Part shown: piece by piece, positions 28,918 through 39,479 of the stretch
Numbering within the stretch: position 1 is the stretch's first letter
Layout: each line of letters begins with the position of its first letter
Sequence record: MN895435.1
DNA length: 64,000 nt
From: Escherichia phage teqhal
Strand: one strand, 5' to 3'
Notes under the pieces: model-generated
Told to the model about the DNA's origin: nothing
The model's database searches: none
What the model saw: the letters and a program-made list of their open reading frames with translations, nothing else
Program-made: the position numbers and the translations under genes

Positions 28918-30233
28918 CATTTGATGATTTGACCGAAGGCCAGAAAAATGCCTTTAACATTGTTATGAAGGCTATTAAAGAAAAGAAACATCATGTAACT
29001 ATTAATGGACCTGCTGGTACTGGTAAGACTACTCTTACCAAATTCATCATTGAAGCTTTAATATCTACGGGTGAAACTGGTATTATTTTAGCAGCTCCTA
29101 CTCATGCAGCTAAAAAGATTCTTTCAAAACTATCAGGGAAAGAAGCGAGTACTATTCACAGCATTCTTAAAATTAACCCAGTAACATATGAAGAAAACGT
29201 TCTTTTTGAACAAAAAGAAGTACCAGATTTAGCTAAATGCAGGGTATTAATCTGCGACGAAGTGTCAATGTATGATAGAAAGCTCTTCAAAATTTTGCTT
29301 TCAACTATTCCACCTTGGTGTACTATAATTGGAATAGGTGATAATAAGCAAATTAGACCTGTTGATCCAGGAGAAAATACTGCTTATATCAGTCCATTCT
29401 TTACACACAAAGATTTTTATCAGTGTGAACTTACTGAAGTTAAACGCAGTAATGCTCCTATTATTGATGTAGCTACTGATGTTCGCAACGGTAAGTGGAT
29501 TTATGATAAAGTTGTTGACGGTCATGGAGTACGTGGATTTACTGGTGATACCGCTTTACGCGATTTTATGGTAAATTATTTTTCAATCGTCAAATCACTA
29601 GATGATTTGTTTGAAAATCGCGTAATGGCATTTACGAATAAATCCGTTGACAAGTTAAATAGCATTATTCGTAAAAAGATTTTTGAAACTGATAAAGATT
29701 TTATTGTTGGTGAAATTATTGTAATGCAGGAACCATTAATTAAAACATATAAAATTGATGGAAAGCCTGTATCAGAAATTATTTTTAATAATGGACAATT
29801 AGTTCGTATTATAGAAGCAGAGTATACATCGACGTTTGTTAAAGCTCGTGGTGTTCCTGGAGAATACTTAATTCGTCATTGGGATTTAACAGTAGAAACT
29901 TACGGCGATGATGAATATTATCGTGAAAAGATTAAAATAATTTCATCTGATGAAGAGCTATATAAGTTTAACCTATTTTTAGGTAAAACGGCAGAAACTT
30001 ATAAAAATTGGAACAAAGGCGGAAAAGCTCCGTGGAGTGATTTTTGGGATGCTAAATCACAGTTTAGTAAAGTGAAAGCACTTCCTGCATCAACATTCCA
30101 TAAAGCGCAGGGTATGTCTGTAGACCGTGCTTTCATTTATACGCCTTGTATTCATTATGCAGATGCTGAATTAGCTCAGCAGCTTCTTTATGTTGGTGTC
30201 ACTCGTGGTCGTTATGATGTGTTTTATGTGTGA
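28914..30233 (+). CDS. dda: DNA helicase Dda (SF1B)
   Basis: 439 aa, Walker A GPAGTGKTT, T4 Dda length. Confidence 0.9.
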   Translation: MTFDDLTEGQKNAFNIVMKAIKEKKHHVTINGPAGTGKTTLTKFIIEALISTGETGIILAAPTHAAKKILSKLSGKEASTIHSILKINPVTYEENVLFEQKEVPDLAKCRVLICDEVSMYDRKLFKILLSTIPPWCTIIGIGDNKQIRPVDPGENTAYISPFFTHKDFYQCELTEVKRSNAPIIDVATDVRNGKWIYDKVVDGHGVRGFTGDTALRDFMVNYFSIVKSLDDLFENRVMAFTNKSVDKLNSIIRKKIFETDKDFIVGEIIVMQEPLIKTYKIDGKPVSEIIFNNGQLVRIIEAEYTSTFVKARGVPGEYLIRHWDLTVETYGDDEYYREKIKIISSDEELYKFNLFLGKTAETYKNWNKGGKAPWSDFWDAKSQFSKVKALPASTFHKAQGMSVDRAFIYTPCIHYADAELAQQLLYVGVTRGRYDVFYV

Positions 30234-30239
30234 GGATAT

Positions 30240-30500
30240 ATGATTAACATCAATTCAAAATATTTAAATCGTCTAATAGATGGTATAAGGAAGCATACTA
30301 ATAAGCAAGATAATCTTAATGTTATGGTAACAGGAGCTGAGCTCCTTCATAAGCTTTATCTTATAAGTGATACTATATTAGCAATTAAACGAATTGAAAA
30401 ACAATCATATCACAGTAATACAGATACGGTAATTACACTAGATGAAAGTGTCTGTAAATTACTAATTAAATTTGAGGAAGCTATTCGTGGAAATAACTAA
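30240..30500 (+). CDS. hypothetical protein (dexA.2-like)
   Basis: 86 aa ORF. Confidence 0.45.
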   Translation: MININSKYLNRLIDGIRKHTNKQDNLNVMVTGAELLHKLYLISDTILAIKRIEKQSYHSNTDTVITLDESVCKLLIKFEEAIRGNN

Positions 30501-30732
30501 AGATCAGTTTTATCTTCTTCAGGATAAAGTTAGCGAAATTTATGAAATTGCTCATGGTAAAAATCGTGAAACTGTAAAAATTGAATCTAGTAAGTTGATG
30601 CTTCAATTAGAAGAAATTGAACGAGATTTAATTGCGTTAGAATTCTTTTGCGGTGAAGTGAAAACTGTTACAATTAATGATTATGTTTTAGGCGAAATTA
30701 GCTATCTTTATGAGGCGATTATTAATGATTGA
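30487..30732 (+). CDS. hypothetical protein, tandem paralogue A
   Basis: 81 aa from GTG with GAGGAAG RBS (track ORF 30472..30732); shares the LEEI motif with the next ORF. Confidence 0.4.
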   Translation: MEITKDQFYLLQDKVSEIYEIAHGKNRETVKIESSKLMLQLEEIERDLIALEFFCGEVKTVTINDYVLGEISYLYEAIIND

Positions 30733-30967
30733 ATTAAGTTGGTACCAATTTAAATCTCTTATGACAAATGTTAAAGCTGTCATTGAAGAAAATCAGGGTC
30801 CTGAAAATATTACTATTCGCGAAAAAGCTTTAAAGATAGTATACAGTCTTGAAGAAATACAAAAAGACATTGAATCTATGGCAAAATTTATTGATGAGCC
30901 TATCAATAAAGTTTATATTCAAGACTATACTGTAGGTCAAATTCGTGATTTAGCGAGGAAAATTTAA
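30725..30967 (+). CDS. hypothetical protein, tandem paralogue B
   Basis: 80 aa from ATG 30725 (track ORF 30710..30967); similar spacing of conserved residues to previous ORF. Confidence 0.4.
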   Translation: MIELSWYQFKSLMTNVKAVIEENQGPENITIREKALKIVYSLEEIQKDIESMAKFIDEPINKVYIQDYTVGQIRDLARKI

Positions 30968-31650
30968 TGTTTGATTTTATTATAGATTTTGAAACAATGG
31001 GAAGCGGTGAAAAAGCAGCTGTTATTGATTTGGCTGTAATTGCTTTTGACCCTAACCCAGAAGTAGTTGAAACATTTGATGAATTAGTTTCACGTGGCAT
31101 TAAAATCAAATTTGATTTAAAAAGCCAAAAAGGACATCGTCTTTTTACTAAAAGCACTATCGAATGGTGGAAGAATCAATCCCCTGAAGCTCGAAAAAAT
31201 ATTGCACCATCAGATGAAGATGTAAGCACTATCGATGGTATTGTAAAATTTAATGATTACATCAATGCGCATAATATCGATCCTTGGAAATCTCAAGGCT
31301 GGTGCCGTGGAATGTCGTTTGATTTTCCAATTTTAGTCGATCTCATTCGTGATATTCAACGCCTTAATGGTGTATCTGAGAATGAGCTTGACACATTTAA
31401 GTTAGAACCGTGTAAATTCTGGAATCAGCGTGATATTCGTACCAGAATTGAAGCACTTCTACTTGTTCGTGATATGACCACATGTCCTCTTCCAAAGGGA
31501 ACTTTAGATGGATTCGTTGCACATGATTCTATTCATGACTGTGCGAAAGACATCCTGATGATGAAGTATGCTTTGCGATACGCTATGGGTCTTGAAGATG
31601 CTCCGTCAGAGGAAGAGTGCGATCCTCTGTCTCTTCCAACAAAACGATAA
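30967..31650 (+). CDS. dexA: exonuclease A DexA (DEDD family)
   Basis: 227 aa, FDFIIDFETMG exonuclease motif, T4 DexA length. Confidence 0.85.
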   Translation: MFDFIIDFETMGSGEKAAVIDLAVIAFDPNPEVVETFDELVSRGIKIKFDLKSQKGHRLFTKSTIEWWKNQSPEARKNIAPSDEDVSTIDGIVKFNDYINAHNIDPWKSQGWCRGMSFDFPILVDLIRDIQRLNGVSENELDTFKLEPCKFWNQRDIRTRIEALLLVRDMTTCPLPKGTLDGFVAHDSIHDCAKDILMMKYALRYAMGLEDAPSEEECDPLSLPTKR

Positions 31651-31656
31651 AAAGTT

Positions 31657-31687
31657 GTTTACTTCCTCGGTTAGTTGTGGTATTATA
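31657..31687 (+). promoter_or_regulatory. T4-type early promoter
   Basis: TGTTTACTTCCTCGGTTAGTTGTGGTATTATAA. Confidence 0.5.
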
Positions 31688-31713
31688 ACACTATAGCTAC
31701 TGAGGATAATAAA

Positions 31714-32226
31714 ATGAAAATTTATCGTGTTGAATCATCGTTTAGCGCATTAAATGATGATAGTGGTATAATGAAAATTAGGCAAGAGTTATGTGTTCAA
31801 TCAACTCCTTATCGTGGATTTGATTCTATGAAAACTCGAACTTGGCTAAAATTTTGCGGTATTAATTCATCATCATTTCATCATCATAGCAATGATTATG
31901 AAAGTCATGAAAGTATTCCTATTCCACACGATGATAAGTTATTAGTTGAAAATGCTAATGATGCTATTAAAACTAAATGGAATAAAGATTATTCACGAAT
32001 TGAAAATTATATTCCATTGTGGTTTATTGCATTATATCATTTTGCTTTCGCTAGTGAATATGATATAATGAGATGGTTTACTCGAGAAGAGCGTGAAGAC
32101 TTAAAAGATCGTGGAATGTACATTGCGATTTATGAAGTGCCAGATGATCAAGTTATCATTGGTGGGCATCAAGTAATGTTTCGCAAATCGCATGCCGAAT
32201 TAAAAGGCTTTATTACCTTAGATTAA
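31714..32226 (+). CDS. hypothetical protein (MotB-like by position, tentative)
   Basis: 170 aa from ATG 31714 with GAGGA RBS (track ORF 31675..32226). Confidence 0.4.
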   Translation: MKIYRVESSFSALNDDSGIMKIRQELCVQSTPYRGFDSMKTRTWLKFCGINSSSFHHHSNDYESHESIPIPHDDKLLVENANDAIKTKWNKDYSRIENYIPLWFIALYHFAFASEYDIMRWFTREEREDLKDRGMYIAIYEVPDDQVIIGGHQVMFRKSHAELKGFITLD

Positions 32227-32235
32227 AGGAAAATT

Positions 32236-32736
32236 ATGATTAAAATTAATACTACGTATCAAATGAAAAAACCATCTGAAATTGATTTCCAGACAATGTC
32301 GAATACGACTGATAGCAAGTTTTGGGAACTTCTTGGTACAACTGGCGGATATCCTTTTACTGTTATTAGTGTTAATAGCGGAATTCTCATTGGTACAGTG
32401 TACATGGAAATTAGAAACTATTATGGAAGGGTATCATCATTCATCATCTATGAAGAAGATTTCAATTTATTGACAGAAATTGAAAAAGAAGAACAAGAAA
32501 AATCCCATATTGATATGGATTTAGTTTCTATGTATGTAACACCAGTTGAAAAAATTGAAGACCCGACTGATTTGTTGTGTAAGGCAGTTTATATTCGTCG
32601 TCCATTCGCGAATCCGATTGGCGGTTGGGTAACTGATCAGTGGATTGAAGATGGTGTTGAACTTCTGAACGTAGTTCATGCTGGAGAGTACTCTGTAGTT
32701 CCTCGCAGCGCAGTGATTAATGTTCGTGTAAGCTAG
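32236..32736 (+). CDS. hypothetical protein, paralogue pair member 1
   Basis: 166 aa; C-terminal WVTDQWIEDGVELLNVVHAGEYSVVP resembles next ORF. Confidence 0.5.
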   Translation: MIKINTTYQMKKPSEIDFQTMSNTTDSKFWELLGTTGGYPFTVISVNSGILIGTVYMEIRNYYGRVSSFIIYEEDFNLLTEIEKEEQEKSHIDMDLVSMYVTPVEKIEDPTDLLCKAVYIRRPFANPIGGWVTDQWIEDGVELLNVVHAGEYSVVPRSAVINVRVS

Positions 32737-32765
32737 TTTACAAACTCTTGGGACCAGAGTATAAT
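32736..32765 (+). promoter_or_regulatory. T4-type early promoter
   Basis: AGTTTACAAACTCTTGGGACCAGAGTATAATGG. Confidence 0.5.
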
Positions 32766-32809
32766 GGTCCTGCGGAGTATAAAATCTTTTTAACAAGTGA
32801 GAGATAATT

Positions 32810-33301
32810 ATGAATATTAATATCGGTGAAATTGCTCGTGTATCTGATAAATCCCGTTCTAAGGCAGCAGGAAAATTGGTTGAAGTTGTAAGCATTCAGC
32901 TTAAACATGGCGTTAAAGATGAAGATTCTGAAGTAAAAGTGCGTATCATTCCTAAAGATGGAATGTCTAAACCTCAGTTTGGTTATGTTCGATGGAAATT
33001 TCTTGAGCCTGCGTTTTTGAAAGCTGTTCCCGCTAAAGGAATTGAAACGATTGATACTTCGCATGTAGGTGTAGACTTTAAGTGGAAACTCGGTCAAGCT
33101 ATCAAGTTCGTTGCTCCTTATGAGTTTGAATTTACTGAAGGTGAGGAAGGTGTTGTTAACCGTACTCGCGCTATGTGTGCATACATTACCGATCAATGGG
33201 TAGAAGACGGTGTTAAGTTGTACAACACGGTATTTTTAGGAACATACAAAGTCATTCCTGAAAGCTGGATTAAACACTATAGCAAAGCTCGTTATGCATA
33301 A
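32810..33301 (+). CDS. hypothetical protein, paralogue pair member 2
   Basis: 163 aa; C-terminal YITDQWVEDGVKLYNTVFLGTYKVIP resembles previous ORF. Confidence 0.5.
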   Translation: MNINIGEIARVSDKSRSKAAGKLVEVVSIQLKHGVKDEDSEVKVRIIPKDGMSKPQFGYVRWKFLEPAFLKAVPAKGIETIDTSHVGVDFKWKLGQAIKFVAPYEFEFTEGEEGVVNRTRAMCAYITDQWVEDGVKLYNTVFLGTYKVIPESWIKHYSKARYA

Positions 33302-33334
33302 AGTTTAAAATTTTTTCATAAAACTATATACATC

Positions 33335-33360
33335 AGTAGTTGATTATGGTACTATATCAA
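33335..33360 (+). promoter_or_regulatory. T4-type early promoter with conserved leader
   Basis: A/T-rich UP region, TTGATTATGGTACTATATC, then conserved CAACTACTGATAC leader. Confidence 0.4.
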
Positions 33361-33398
33361 TATCAACTACTGATACAGAAAACAACTTGGAGAATAAA

Positions 33399-33668
33399 AT
33401 GGAAAACTTAATTATCATCGAGCAATCTTTCAACGATTATGGTATGGCTTATGGTTATCGTGCGATAATGGAAGATTCTCGTGGATGTGTTATCGATATT
33501 GCTGAATGTAAAGATTTACTGCAGCTTTTGAAGATTGTTCGCAAAAATTGGGATTGTGAAAACATTAAAGCTCGTGTTGTAACGGAAGAAGAAACTGTTT
33601 TTCATGATGTAAAATTTGCCAAAGATGCTGCTACTCTTCTGAAACGCATCGCTCCACTGTTCAATTAA
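33399..33668 (+). CDS. hypothetical protein
   Basis: 89 aa from ATG 33399 (track ORF begins at upstream TTG). Confidence 0.45.
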   Translation: MENLIIIEQSFNDYGMAYGYRAIMEDSRGCVIDIAECKDLLQLLKIVRKNWDCENIKARVVTEEETVFHDVKFAKDAATLLKRIAPLFN

Positions 33669-33681
33669 TGAGGAAATTGTA

Positions 33682-33897
33682 ATGAAACGTAAAATTGTTC
33701 AGAATTGCACTAATGACGAATTTGAAGATGTATTATTCGATCCAGATTTGGTAGTAGTTCAAAAGGAACACACCATCAAGTTTACTCACTTGACTTCGGT
33801 TTATGTGTATGAAAAGGTTGGTGATAAACAACCGATTTATGGTGTATTCCGTGAAATCACTGAAGACGGTACAACTTACTGGAAGGAAATTTATTAA
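33682..33897 (+). CDS. hypothetical protein
   Basis: 71 aa ORF. Confidence 0.45.
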   Translation: MKRKIVQNCTNDEFEDVLFDPDLVVVQKEHTIKFTHLTSVYVYEKVGDKQPIYGVFREITEDGTTYWKEIY

Positions 33898-34316
33898 TGG
33901 CTATTAAATTTGAAGTTAATAAATGGTATCAATTTAAAAATAAACAAGCTCAAGAAGCTTTTATTAAAGACCATACTGAAAACGGAATTTATGCACGACG
34001 TTTAGGTATGGAACCTTTTAAAGTTATAGATATTGACTATCTTGGTCGTCCTACTAAAATTATGTCATCTACTGGAAGATTGGCATTATCCTCCGGTAAA
34101 GATATTTTGGATGAAGATTTTATTTGGCTTTCTACTAGCGAAGCTGAATTCTTTGATGAAGTGGAAAATCCATACCAGGCAGCTGAAGAGCAAGAGCAGG
34201 AAGAGAAAGAGCAAATAGAAGATTTCACAGAATTCCCAATCATGAAAGTTACTATTGAAAATAATGAACAGGCATGGTCCTTGTATCAGATGTTGAAAGC
34301 TCACTTTAAGGAATAA
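33897..34316 (+). CDS. hypothetical acidic protein
   Basis: 139 aa with Glu/Gln-rich segment. Confidence 0.45.
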   Translation: MAIKFEVNKWYQFKNKQAQEAFIKDHTENGIYARRLGMEPFKVIDIDYLGRPTKIMSSTGRLALSSGKDILDEDFIWLSTSEAEFFDEVENPYQAAEEQEQEEKEQIEDFTEFPIMKVTIENNEQAWSLYQMLKAHFKE

Positions 34317-34318
34317 TT

Positions 34319-34495
34319 ATGCCAATGTATGATTATAAATGCCAATCCGAAGATTGCGGGCATGAATATGAAAAAATTAAAAAGATTTCTGAACGAGAAA
34401 ATGATGTTTGCCCTAAATGTCATCGTTTGTCTACTCGTCGGCCTTCTGCTCCTAAGCATGTGAATGGTGGTTTTTACGACTTACTTAAAGGGTAA
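34319..34495 (+). CDS. small zinc-ribbon protein (CxxC ... CxxC, FmdB-like)
   Basis: 58 aa MPMYDYKCQSEDCGHEYEKIKKISERENDVCPKCHR; absent from ORF track (under 60 aa). Confidence 0.5.
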   Translation: MPMYDYKCQSEDCGHEYEKIKKISERENDVCPKCHRLSTRRPSAPKHVNGGFYDLLKG

Positions 34496-34497
34496 TT

Positions 34498-34869
34498 ATG
34501 TTTAAAATCGGTAAGAAATATTGCATTCGTGAAGGTGAAGAACAGAAATATCTACTTTCTGCTAGTAATAGGAATAGTTCTATTAATGCTGTAATATCTA
34601 CAAGCGAATTTATCGTTGAAGATATGAAAGGTAATAATGTCACAATGATTAGTACAGCATCTGGAAATGATGGAAAAATTCTTCACAGTTTTCAGAGTAA
34701 TGTTCTAATTTATGATGAAGAATTTGACCTATTCGAAGAAGTTACAGAAGATTTTGATTTTGAATGCACTATCACTATGAAATCTGGCGATCCTCTTTCT
34801 TTTACAGTTAAAGATGAAAGAAGCCGCTTGAGAGTTATTAGTCTTCTTCAAGCCATTAAATTTAAGTGA
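34498..34869 (+). CDS. hypothetical protein
   Basis: 123 aa ORF. Confidence 0.45.
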   Translation: MFKIGKKYCIREGEEQKYLLSASNRNSSINAVISTSEFIVEDMKGNNVTMISTASGNDGKILHSFQSNVLIYDEEFDLFEEVTEDFDFECTITMKSGDPLSFTVKDERSRLRVISLLQAIKFK

Positions 34870-35135
34870 AAATTATGAAATATATTAATCGTTCTATCGC
34901 AGCATTAGTATTAGCAGTGTCTTTAGTAGGATGTACTGATGCTGATAATGCAACTAAAGTTTTGTCTTCAAGTGGTTTTACTAATATTGAAATCACTGGA
35001 TATAACTGGTTCGGTTGCTCTGAAAATGATTTCCAACATACTGGATTTCGTGCTATTGGACCTACCGGGCAGAAAGTAGAAGGAACAGTATGTTCTGGGC
35101 TGTTCTTTAAGGATTCAACTATTCGTTTTAAATAA
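34866..35135 (+). CDS. putative lipoprotein
   Basis: 89 aa, signal peptide and lipobox LVGC. Confidence 0.5.
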   Translation: MKIMKYINRSIAALVLAVSLVGCTDADNATKVLSSSGFTNIEITGYNWFGCSENDFQHTGFRAIGPTGQKVEGTVCSGLFFKDSTIRFK

Positions 35136-35158
35136 AAGGCCTTCGGGCCTTTAGCTTT
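35136..35158 (+). terminator. UUCG-loop hairpin AAAGGCCTTCGGGCCTTT
   Basis: palindrome immediately after lipoprotein gene. Confidence 0.55.
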
Positions 35159-35204
35159 ATGATTACCGGAGTATAATATTCCCGAAACCAAACGAGGATA
35201 AGTG

Positions 35205-37022
35205 ATGATTAAGAATGAAATTAAAATTCTGAGCGATATTGAACATATCAAAAAGCGTAGTGGCATGTACATTGGCTCTTCTGCTAATGAAATGCATGAG
35301 CGCTTTCTGTTTGGTAAATGGGAAAGTGTTCAGTATGTACCTGGTCTTGTTAAGCTTATTGATGAAATTATCGATAACTCAGTCGATGAAGGTATTCGTA
35401 CTAAGTTTAAATTCGCGAATAAAATTAATGTTACCATTAAAAATAATCAGGTAACAGTTGAAGATAACGGTCGCGGTATTCCACAAGCGATGGTTAAAAC
35501 ACCTACCGGTGAAGAAATTCCTGGTCCAGTTGCTGCTTGGACTATTCCAAAAGCGGGTGGTAACTTCGGTGATGATAAAGAACGCGTCACTGGCGGTATG
35601 AATGGTGTTGGTTCTAGTTTAACTAACATTTTTTCTGTGATGTTTGTCGGAGAAACTGGCGACGGTCAAAATAATATTGTAGTTCGTTGTTCAAACGGCA
35701 TGGAAAATAAATCATGGGAAGATATTCCTGGAAAATGGAAAGGAACCCGTGTTACTTTCATTCCTGATTTTATGTCATTTGAAACTAATGAGCTGTCCCA
35801 AGTTTATCTTGACATTACACTAGATCGTCTCCAGACACTTGCTGTTGTTTATCCTGATATTCAATTTACCTTTAATGGTAAAAAGGTTCAGGGCAATTTT
35901 AAGAAATATGCACGCCAATATGATGAGCATGCTATTGTTCAAGAACAAGAAAATTGTTCTATTGCGGTTGGTCGTTCACCGGATGGTTTTCGTCAATTAA
36001 CTTATGTGAATAACATCCACACTAAGAATGGTGGCCATCACATTGACTGTGTTATGGATGATATTTGTGAAGACCTTATTCCACAAATCAAACGTAAGTT
36101 CAAAATTGATGTAACTAAAGCACGTGTCAAAGAATGTTTGACTATCGTTATGTTTGTTCGTGATATGAAAAACATGCGATTTGATTCTCAAACTAAAGAG
36201 CGTTTGACTTCTCCATTTGGCGAAATTCGTAGTCATATTCAGCTTGATGCTAAAAAGATTTCACGCGCTATTTTAAACAATGAAGCGATTTTGATGCCAA
36301 TTATTGAAGCTGCGTTGGCTCGTAAATTGGCGGCAGAAAAAGCAGCAGAAACTAAAGCAGCTAAAAAGGCTTCTAAAGCTAAGGTTCATAAACATATCAA
36401 AGCGAATCTTTGTGGTAAAGATGCTGATACTACTCTTTTCTTGACTGAGGGTGATTCGGCTATCGGATATCTTATTGATGTTCGTGATAAAGAACTTCAT
36501 GGTGGTTATCCATTGCGTGGTAAAGTTCTCAACAGTTGGGGTATGTCATATGCTGATATGCTTAAAAACAAAGAACTGTTTGATATTTGCGCAATCACTG
36601 GATTAGTTCTCGGTGAAAAAGCTGAAAACTTGAATTATCATAATATTGCTATTATGACTGATGCTGACCATGATGGTCTAGGAAGCATTTATCCTTCTCT
36701 GCTCGGGTTTTTTAGTAATTGGCCAGAATTGTTTGAGCAAGGACGAATTCGCTTTGTCAAAACTCCTGTAATCATCGCTCAGGTCGGTAAAAAACAAGAA
36801 TGGTTTTATACAGTCGCTGAATATGAGAGTGCTAAAGATGCTCTACCTAAACATAGCATCCGTTATATTAAGGGACTTGGCTCTTTGGAAAAATCTGAAT
36901 ATCGTGAGATGATTCAAAATCCGGTATATGATGTTGTTAAACTTCCTGAGAACTGGAAAGAGCTTTTTGAAATGCTCATGGGAGATAATGCTGACCTTCG
37001 TAAAGAATGGATGAGCCAGTAG
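35205..37022 (+). CDS. 39: topoisomerase II large (ATPase, GyrB-like) subunit gp39, unsplit
   Basis: 605 aa single ORF from ATG 35205; T4 has 39 (516 aa) plus 60 (160 aa) with a translational bypass. Confidence 0.9.
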   Translation: MIKNEIKILSDIEHIKKRSGMYIGSSANEMHERFLFGKWESVQYVPGLVKLIDEIIDNSVDEGIRTKFKFANKINVTIKNNQVTVEDNGRGIPQAMVKTPTGEEIPGPVAAWTIPKAGGNFGDDKERVTGGMNGVGSSLTNIFSVMFVGETGDGQNNIVVRCSNGMENKSWEDIPGKWKGTRVTFIPDFMSFETNELSQVYLDITLDRLQTLAVVYPDIQFTFNGKKVQGNFKKYARQYDEHAIVQEQENCSIAVGRSPDGFRQLTYVNNIHTKNGGHHIDCVMDDICEDLIPQIKRKFKIDVTKARVKECLTIVMFVRDMKNMRFDSQTKERLTSPFGEIRSHIQLDAKKISRAILNNEAILMPIIEAALARKLAAEKAAETKAAKKASKAKVHKHIKANLCGKDADTTLFLTEGDSAIGYLIDVRDKELHGGYPLRGKVLNSWGMSYADMLKNKELFDICAITGLVLGEKAENLNYHNIAIMTDADHDGLGSIYPSLLGFFSNWPELFEQGRIRFVKTPVIIAQVGKKQEWFYTVAEYESAKDALPKHSIRYIKGLGSLEKSEYREMIQNPVYDVVKLPENWKELFEMLMGDNADLRKEWMSQ

Positions 37023-37052
37023 TTTACTTTACCACAAGGATGTGGTATAATT
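37022..37052 (+). promoter_or_regulatory. T4-type early promoter
   Basis: GTTTACTTTACCACAAGGATGTGGTATAATTA. Confidence 0.5.
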
Positions 37053-37076
37053 AATTGGGCAAATGAGGATATTGGA

Positions 37077-37280
37077 ATGAAATCATATAAAGTAAATTTA
37101 GAACTTTTTGATAAAGCAGTTCATCGAGAATATAGAATCATTCAACGCTTTTTCGATATGGGAGAAGCCGAAGAATTTAAAAACCGCTTTAAGGATATTA
37201 GAGATAAAATTCAATCCGACACCGCAACTAAAGATGAACTACTAGAAGTTGCTGAAGTTATTAAACGTAATATGAATTAA
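37077..37280 (+). CDS. hypothetical protein (rIIA.1-like)
   Basis: 67 aa ORF immediately upstream of rIIA. Confidence 0.5.
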   Translation: MKSYKVNLELFDKAVHREYRIIQRFFDMGEAEEFKNRFKDIRDKIQSDTATKDELLEVAEVIKRNMN

Positions 37281-37290
37281 TGAGGAAATT

Positions 37291-39468
37291 ATGATTATCA
37301 CCACTGAAAAAGAAACAATTCTTGGTAATGGTTCTAAATCAAAAGCATTTAGCATCGCAGCAAATCCTAAAGTATTTAAAATTCTATCATCTGATTTGTA
37401 TACAAACAAGATTCGCGCAGTAGTCCGTGAATTGATTACTAACATGATTGATGCTCATGCACTTAATGGAAATCCTGAAAAATTTATCATTCAAGTTCCA
37501 GGACGATTAGATCCACGATTTGTTTGTCGAGATTTTGGTCCGGGTATGAGTGATTTTGATATTCAGGGTGATGATAATTCTCCTGGTTTGTATAATTCAT
37601 ACTTCAGTTCATCTAAGGCTGAATCTAACGATTTCATTGGCGGATTTGGGTTAGGTTCTAAATCTCCGTTTAGTTATACTGATACATTTAGTATTACTTC
37701 TTATCATAAAGGTGAAATTCGTGGTTATGTAGCTTACATGGATGGCGATGGTCCACAAATTAAACCTACATTCGTAAAAGAAATGGGTCCAGATGATAAA
37801 ACTGGTATTGAAATCGTAGTTCCAGTTGAAGAAAAAGACTTTAGAAACTTTGCTTATGAAGTTTCTTATATCATGCGACCATTCAAAGATTTGGCTATCA
37901 TTAATGGTCTTGACCGCGAAATTGATTATTTTCCGGATTTTGATGATTATTATGGCGTAAATCCAGAAAGATACTGGCCTGATCGCGGTGGATTATATGC
38001 TATCTATGGCGGTATTGTTTATCCTATCGATGGTGTTATTAGAGACCGTAACTGGCTAAGCATTCGCAATGAAGTGAATTACATTAAGTTTCCAATGGGT
38101 TCACTTGATATTGCTCCATCTCGCGAGGCTCTTTCACTGGATGATCGCACTCGTAAAAATATTATTGAACGAGTTAAAGAACTCAGTGAGAAAGCATTTA
38201 ATGAAGATGTAAAACGATTTAAAGAATCTACATCTCCTCGTCATACATATCGTGAATTGATGAAGATGGGGTATTCTGCTCGAGATTATATGATTAGTAA
38301 TTCAGTCAAATTCACGACTAAAAATCTGTCATATAAGAAAATGCAGAGCATGTTTGAACCTGACAGTAAGTTATGTAATGCAGGCGTGGTGTATGAAGTA
38401 AATCTTGACCCTCGACTGAAGCGTATTAAGCAAAGTCATGAAACTTCAGCCGTTGCATCAAGTTATCGTCTGTTTGGTATTAATACGACAAAAATTAATA
38501 TTGTTATTGATAATATTAAAAATCGTGTTAATATTGTCCGTGGATTAGCACGTGCATTAGATGATAGTGAATTTAATAACACCTTAAATATTCATCACAA
38601 TGAGCGTCTTCTGTTTATTAATCCGGAAGTAGAATCACAGATTGATTTGCTTCCTGACATTATGGCGATGTTTGAAAGTGATGAAGTTAACATTCATTAT
38701 TTGTCAGAAATTGAAGCTTTAGTTAAAAGCTATATTCCAAAGGTAGTTAAAAGTAAAGCTCCTCGTCCTAAAGCTGCTACAGCATTTAAATTTGAAATTA
38801 AAGATGGGCGATGGGAAAAAGAGGAACTATTTACACTTACGTCAGAAGCAGATGAAATTACTGGTTATGTAGCGTATATGCATCGTTCTGATATTTTCTC
38901 TATGGATGGTACTACATCGCTTTGTCATCCATCTATGAATATTTTGATTCGTATGGCTAATCTTATTGGCATTAATGAATTTTATGTTATTCGTCCGCTT
39001 TTGCAGAAAAAGGTAAAAGAGCTTGGTCAGTGCCAATGTATTTTTGAAGCTTTACGTGATTTATATGTAGATGCTTTTGATGATGTAGATTATGATAAGT
39101 ATGTAGGTTATTCAAGTTCAGCTCAACGATATATTGATAAAATTATCAAGCATCCTGAACTAGATTTTATGATGAAGTACTTCAGTACAGATGAAGTTTC
39201 TGAAGAATATACACGACTTGGTAATATGGTTAGTTCATTACGCGGTGTATATTTCAACGGTGGAAAAGATACCATCGGTCATGATATCTGGACAGTAACT
39301 AATCTCTTTGATGAATTATCACGTAATGCTTCAAAAAATAGTGATAAAATGGTTGCTGAGTTTACCAAGAAATTCCGTATTGTTTCCGACTTCATCGGTT
39401 ATCGCAACTCTTTAAGTGATGATGAAGTTTCCCAAATCGCTAAAACTATGAAGGCCCTTGCGGCCTAA
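37291..39468 (+). CDS. rIIA: rIIA protein
   Basis: 725 aa, same length as T4 rIIA; N-terminal ATPase-like [10 protein letters not shown] motif. Confidence 0.9.
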   Translation: MIITTEKETILGNGSKSKAFSIAANPKVFKILSSDLYTNKIRAVVRELITNMIDAHALNGNPEKFIIQVPGRLDPRFVCRDFGPGMSDFDIQGDDNSPGLYNSYFSSSKAESNDFIGGFGLGSKSPFSYTDTFSITSYHKGEIRGYVAYMDGDGPQIKPTFVKEMGPDDKTGIEIVVPVEEKDFRNFAYEVSYIMRPFKDLAIINGLDREIDYFPDFDDYYGVNPERYWPDRGGLYAIYGGIVYPIDGVIRDRNWLSIRNEVNYIKFPMGSLDIAPSREALSLDDRTRKNIIERVKELSEKAFNEDVKRFKESTSPRHTYRELMKMGYSARDYMISNSVKFTTKNLSYKKMQSMFEPDSKLCNAGVVYEVNLDPRLKRIKQSHETSAVASSYRLFGINTTKINIVIDNIKNRVNIVRGLARALDDSEFNNTLNIHHNERLLFINPEVESQIDLLPDIMAMFESDEVNIHYLSEIEALVKSYIPKVVKSKAPRPKAATAFKFEIKDGRWEKEELFTLTSEADEITGYVAYMHRSDIFSMDGTTSLCHPSMNILIRMANLIGINEFYVIRPLLQKKVKELGQCQCIFEALRDLYVDAFDDVDYDKYVGYSSSAQRYIDKIIKHPELDFMMKYFSTDEVSEEYTRLGNMVSSLRGVYFNGGKDTIGHDIWTVTNLFDELSRNASKNSDKMVAEFTKKFRIVSDFIGYRNSLSDDEVSQIAKTMKALAA

Positions 39469-39479
39469 TAAGGAAAATT

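Noticed and set aside
35205-37022. Gene 60 translational bypass element expected from the T4 map
   Set aside because: The large topoisomerase subunit is one continuous ORF, so there is no separate gene 60 and no 50 nt coding gap.
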